From positions 1,320,001-1,352,000 of the forward strand of contig NC_017856.1 of NCBI RefSeq assembly GCF_000260965.1: a DNA stretch of 32,000 nt. Direction: 5' to 3'. Shown here in pieces: positions 29,248 to 32,000 of this stretch (the first letter of the stretch is position 1; each line of letters begins with the position of its first letter). Position numbers and translations under genes: made by a program. The notes beneath the pieces are model-generated. The model saw only the letters and a list, made by a program, of their open reading frames with translations, was not told the DNA's origin and searched no databases. The DNA comes from Methylophaga frappieri. Its GTDB lineage: Bacteria > Pseudomonadota > Gammaproteobacteria > Nitrosococcales > Methylophagaceae.

Positions 29248-30084
29248 TCAATCAGAACTTGTAATCACACTGGGATGGCGCACCAGAATAAAAGCCTCAT
29301 TACCACGACGTGACAGCCATCCTGTCACTTCCAACTGACGACCAAGATAACTATTCAAATCAGCAAAAAGATGTCGATTTTGTTTACTTATCCGTAAGCT
29401 CAGATTGTCACCCGCCATCAACCAGATATCGTTTCGGGTCTCCCGGATGCTATCTACTGTAATACGCCAGCGCTGCCAGCCACGTCGTTCGCTAGTGGGT
29501 AACTCTGACTTCGCTTGACGAAGCGGATAATCCTGACCATTCCAGATACCGATTTTCGCTGCTTTCGCTTGTTGCTCTGCCTGTTGCATTGCGTCAGCGT
29601 ATAGCAGATTTGGCGGGTGTATTGTTAGCGAAGCCAAGCCTTGCTGCAATAATTCCAGATTTAGATGACGGTCATTTTCAAGAAAAACATGCGCTAAACG
29701 TCGGTCATATTTATCCCGACGCTCAACATCAAAACGCAACCATACCGGGCCGTTGCCTATTTGCTGACGTAACCAGTCACGTGCCGCTTGCCCCTGTGGC
29801 TCTGCCACACTCACCCCACTTTCAACTTCGGGCGCATTGATATTTAATAAGCGGACGCTTTCGCCATTGCCCAATATGACGGTATCGCCATCATGAACAC
29901 GCCGAACCTGAAACCGGTACCGATTGGATATCGGTGTGATATCAACACGCTCAGCATTTGCCCGGGGCTGATCTGAAAATCCAATGTTGCCGTGCGAATC
30001 AACATGCCGATATATTTCTGTCGCTGAGGCGAGAGACGCCAACAACAAGGCGCTTATCAAACTCATGCTGAGTGGCCATTTCAT
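29248..30084 (-). CDS. Secreted thermonuclease (SNase)-family nuclease with an N-terminal DUF4124 and an extra C-terminal domain
   Basis: A Sec signal (LLLASLASA then TEIY) is followed by the DUF4124-like [17 protein letters not shown]. The SNase core is VHDGDTV...[10 protein letters not shown]...[10 protein letters not shown]...[10 protein letters not shown]. About 100 further residues have no recognisable family. ATGA overlap with the ubiA stop. Confidence 0.85.
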   Translation of the reverse strand: MKWPLSMSLISALLLASLASATEIYRHVDSHGNIGFSDQPRANAERVDITPISNRYRFQVRRVHDGDTVILGNGESVRLLNINAPEVESGVSVAEPQGQAARDWLRQQIGNGPVWLRFDVERRDKYDRRLAHVFLENDRHLNLELLQQGLASLTIHPPNLLYADAMQQAEQQAKAAKIGIWNGQDYPLRQAKSELPTSERRGWQRWRITVDSIRETRNDIWLMAGDNLSLRISKQNRHLFADLNSYLGRQLEVTGWLSRRGNEAFILVRHPSVITSSD

Positions 30085-30992
30085 CCGGCAAAGGCGTAAT
30101 GTGCAACAACGGCAAAAAACAACACCGCGCCAACATAATTATTATTCAAAAATGCTTGCAGACACGCTTTTGGCTCACGATCTCTAATCAGCCACTGTTG
30201 ATAACCGAATAATGCCGAGACAATCACGATCGCCAAATAAAACAGCGCGTTGAACGATAATTGCCACCCCACCAAAAGCATTAACAGCAAAAATACCCCC
30301 TGCAGTCCGGCCTGAATAAGACGATCCTGACTGCCAAATAAAATTGCTGTCGACTTCACCCCTGCCTGCAAATCATCGAACCGATCCGCCATGGCATAAA
30401 AGGTGTCGTAGACGATCGTCCAGACAATATTGGCAACGAACAGTAACCAGGCAATTGCTGGTACCGATGACGTCTGGGCAGCAAAAGCCATGGGAATCGC
30501 CCAGCCAAACGCCATACCGAGCACCAGTTGTGGAAAATAGGTATAACGTTTCATAAAGGGATAACAAAACGCCAGTAACACCGCGACCAATGATAACTGT
30601 ATGGTCAGCTGATTGAGTTGCAGTACCAACAGGAAAGCCATCAAGGTCAATATAATAAACACCATTACCGCATGCCAGGGACGCAACTTGCCCGTGGCAA
30701 GTGGGCGGTTTTCGGTACGCCAGACCTGGCCATCAACATGTCGGTCGGCAAAATCATTAATCGCACAGCCAGCACTTCGCATCAGAACCACACCTGCAAC
30801 AAAGATCAACAGGATCTGTGCATCAGGCACGCCCTCTGCGGCAATCCATAAAGCCATCAGCGTTGGCCACAGTAATAACAAAATGCCAATCGGTCGATCT
30901 AGCCGGGTTAATTGCCAGCAATGCCGTAATAGATTCACGTTGGTTTTCCAAACTGATTCGTTAAAAATACTTCGCTGACCAGTAATTGGCAT
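30081..30992 (-). CDS. ubiA: 4-hydroxybenzoate polyprenyltransferase
   Basis: It aligns along its length with E. coli UbiA ([76 protein letters not shown]). ATG 30992 overlaps ubiC by 58 nt. GTG 30938 (GTGA overlap with the ubiC stop) is an alternative and perhaps better start. Confidence 0.93.
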   Translation of the reverse strand: MPITGQRSIFNESVWKTNVNLLRHCWQLTRLDRPIGILLLLWPTLMALWIAAEGVPDAQILLIFVAGVVLMRSAGCAINDFADRHVDGQVWRTENRPLATGKLRPWHAVMVFIILTLMAFLLVLQLNQLTIQLSLVAVLLAFCYPFMKRYTYFPQLVLGMAFGWAIPMAFAAQTSSVPAIAWLLFVANIVWTIVYDTFYAMADRFDDLQAGVKSTAILFGSQDRLIQAGLQGVFLLLMLLVGWQLSFNALFYLAIVIVSALFGYQQWLIRDREPKACLQAFLNNNYVGAVLFFAVVAHYAFAG

Positions 30993-31477
30993 CCTTTAAA
31001 ATCGAACACCGAACGCCTTGCCCAGAGTTGCTGTGGACGGATATCAGCAGCCATGCAGGCTTGCTTACAAAGACGATGATTCACCGGCAACTTACTGATC
31101 ATGATACGCCCCCGCGCCACGCCATGCGTTCGAAATAACCAATCCCCCAGAGAATTCCGGCCGATACGTTGCAGACGACGTTGAAGTTGACGATAACTCC
31201 CTTGAGGCACGATTGTTCGGGCAAAGACCTGCGGCTTATCGCCATCCATCAGACAGACTTCACGACAAAACACTTTTGCATGGTGCTTAGTCCCCAATGC
31301 AAGCGCTTCATCAACGATGGGATACTGCCAGTTACAACGCTGTATATTGACTGAAAAACCCTGTTGACTGACTCCCTTAAGACGCGCAGTTAGGGAACCA
31401 CGAGCCTGCAACCAAGTCGCCAATGATATTGGCAACTGCCCTTTAAAACGCGGATACCAATGGCTAAAGTCTCTCAT
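30935..31477 (-). CDS. ubiC: Chorismate pyruvate-lyase
   Basis: 180 aa, directly upstream of ubi[34 protein letters not shown] and LWARRSVF...LLVSEVFL match UbiC blocks. ATGA overlap with the recG stop. Confidence 0.8.
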   Translation of the reverse strand: MRDFSHWYPRFKGQLPISLATWLQARGSLTARLKGVSQQGFSVNIQRCNWQYPIVDEALALGTKHHAKVFCREVCLMDGDKPQVFARTIVPQGSYRQLQRRLQRIGRNSLGDWLFRTHGVARGRIMISKLPVNHRLCKQACMAADIRPQQLWARRSVFDFKGCQLLVSEVFLTNQFGKPT

Positions 31478-32000
31478 ACTTGTCCGAAATTCATTTTTTC
31501 TGCAAACCAGCGCTTGATTAATACTGGCACCTGTTCCGGATAGGCTGACATCAGTCTGTCCGCTGCCGCGCTGATATCATCCAGAAGCATCGCATCGGCT
31601 AACAAATCCGCTATTCGAAACTGAGGCAAACCGGTTTGTCGTGTGCCTAATAATTCACCAGGTCCCCGGATTTCCAGATCTCGGCGCGCAATCTCAAAGC
31701 CATCCTGATTTTCTCGCAGACAGGTTAATCGTGCCGATCCATTTTCGGAGAGCGGCGGATGATAAAGCAACACGCAATGACTTTCTATCTCGCCTCGTCC
31801 GACCCGGCCTCGAAGCTGATGTAATTGTGCCAGCCCGAGTCGCTCGGCATTTTCAATAACCATCAAACTGGCATTGGGCACATCCACACCCACCTCAATA
31901 ACAGTGGTCGCCACCAAAAGATCGATTTCACCGGCTTTAAACCGCTGCATTATCGCCTCTTTGTCATTTGACTTCATGCGACCATGAACCAAGCCGAGCC
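31474..32000 (-). CDS. recG: ATP-dependent DNA helicase RecG, C-terminal part (continues beyond the window end)
   Basis: It shows helicase motifs V/VI (LLVATTVIEVGVDVPNASLMVIENAERLGLAQLHQLRGRVGRG) and the RecG C-terminal tail. The frame is open to nt 32000. Confidence 0.93.
   Translation of the reverse strand, partial: LGLVHGRMKSNDKEAIMQRFKAGEIDLLVATTVIEVGVDVPNASLMVIENAERLGLAQLHQLRGRVGRGEIESHCVLLYHPPLSENGSARLTCLRENQDGFEIARRDLEIRGPGELLGTRQTGLPQFRIADLLADAMLLDDISAAADRLMSAYPEQVPVLIKRWFAEKMNFGQV

Noticed and set aside
1-32000. Mobile elements, CRISPR arrays, tRNA/rRNA genes and defence-system hallmarks such as integrases, transposases, restriction/modification enzymes, Cas or abortive-infection NTPases
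   Set aside because: No repeat-spacer periodicity, no terminal inverted repeats and no cloverleaf-like intergenic sequences were seen. Every ORF over 200 aa is explained by a housekeeping or signalling family. PIN-PhoH2 is the only toxin-like protein, and it is a widespread chromosomal gene.

Overview
The window looks like a densely packed core-chromosome segment of a gammaproteobacterium with roughly mid-40s to 50% G+C. I see no rRNA, tRNA, CRISPR array, IS element, integrase or prophage signature. About 33 protein genes account for nearly all of the sequence. On the + strand: a Trm112/YcaR-like gene tail and kdsB, then rluC, a HAD hydrolase, an S49 peptidase, a possible 49-codon sORF, an HDOD protein, adk, a ketohexokinase-like PfkB kinase and a small Rieske protein. 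On the - strand: rne with a long leader, then tmcA, slyX, metH, an NhaP2-type K+/H+ antiporter and long-form leuA. Next come a divergent Lrp/AsnC regulator, a PIN-PhoH (PhoH2/YlaK) ATPase and a PilZ protein on +. A - strand block holds bioB-F-H-C-D followed by a lipoprotein transglutaminase-like cysteine protease. Then comF and a DUF484-like GGDEF cyclase on +, and a - strand chain of recG (partial), ubiC, ubiA and a secreted SNase-like nuclease. Synteny (ycaR-kdsB, rne/rluC/HAD/S49, bioBFHCD) resembles Pseudomonas-like gammaproteobacteria. I do not see a clear multi-gene novel system such as a defence island. The best candidates for something undescribed are small or contextual. They are a 49-codon ORF joined by ATGA overlaps to both the S49 peptidase and HDOD genes; a ketohexokinase-like kinase translationally coupled to a Rieske protein; and a short uORF overlapping the PIN-PhoH2 start. 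Others are a PilZ protein with a large insertion, converging stop-on-stop with a LapG/BTLCP-like lipoprotein appended to the biotin operon; an orphan ORF wedged between kdsB and rne; and a DUF4124-SNase nuclease coupled to ubiCA, facing a GGDEF cyclase. All functional calls rest on my recognition of motifs and families in the translated ORFs. No database search was run.
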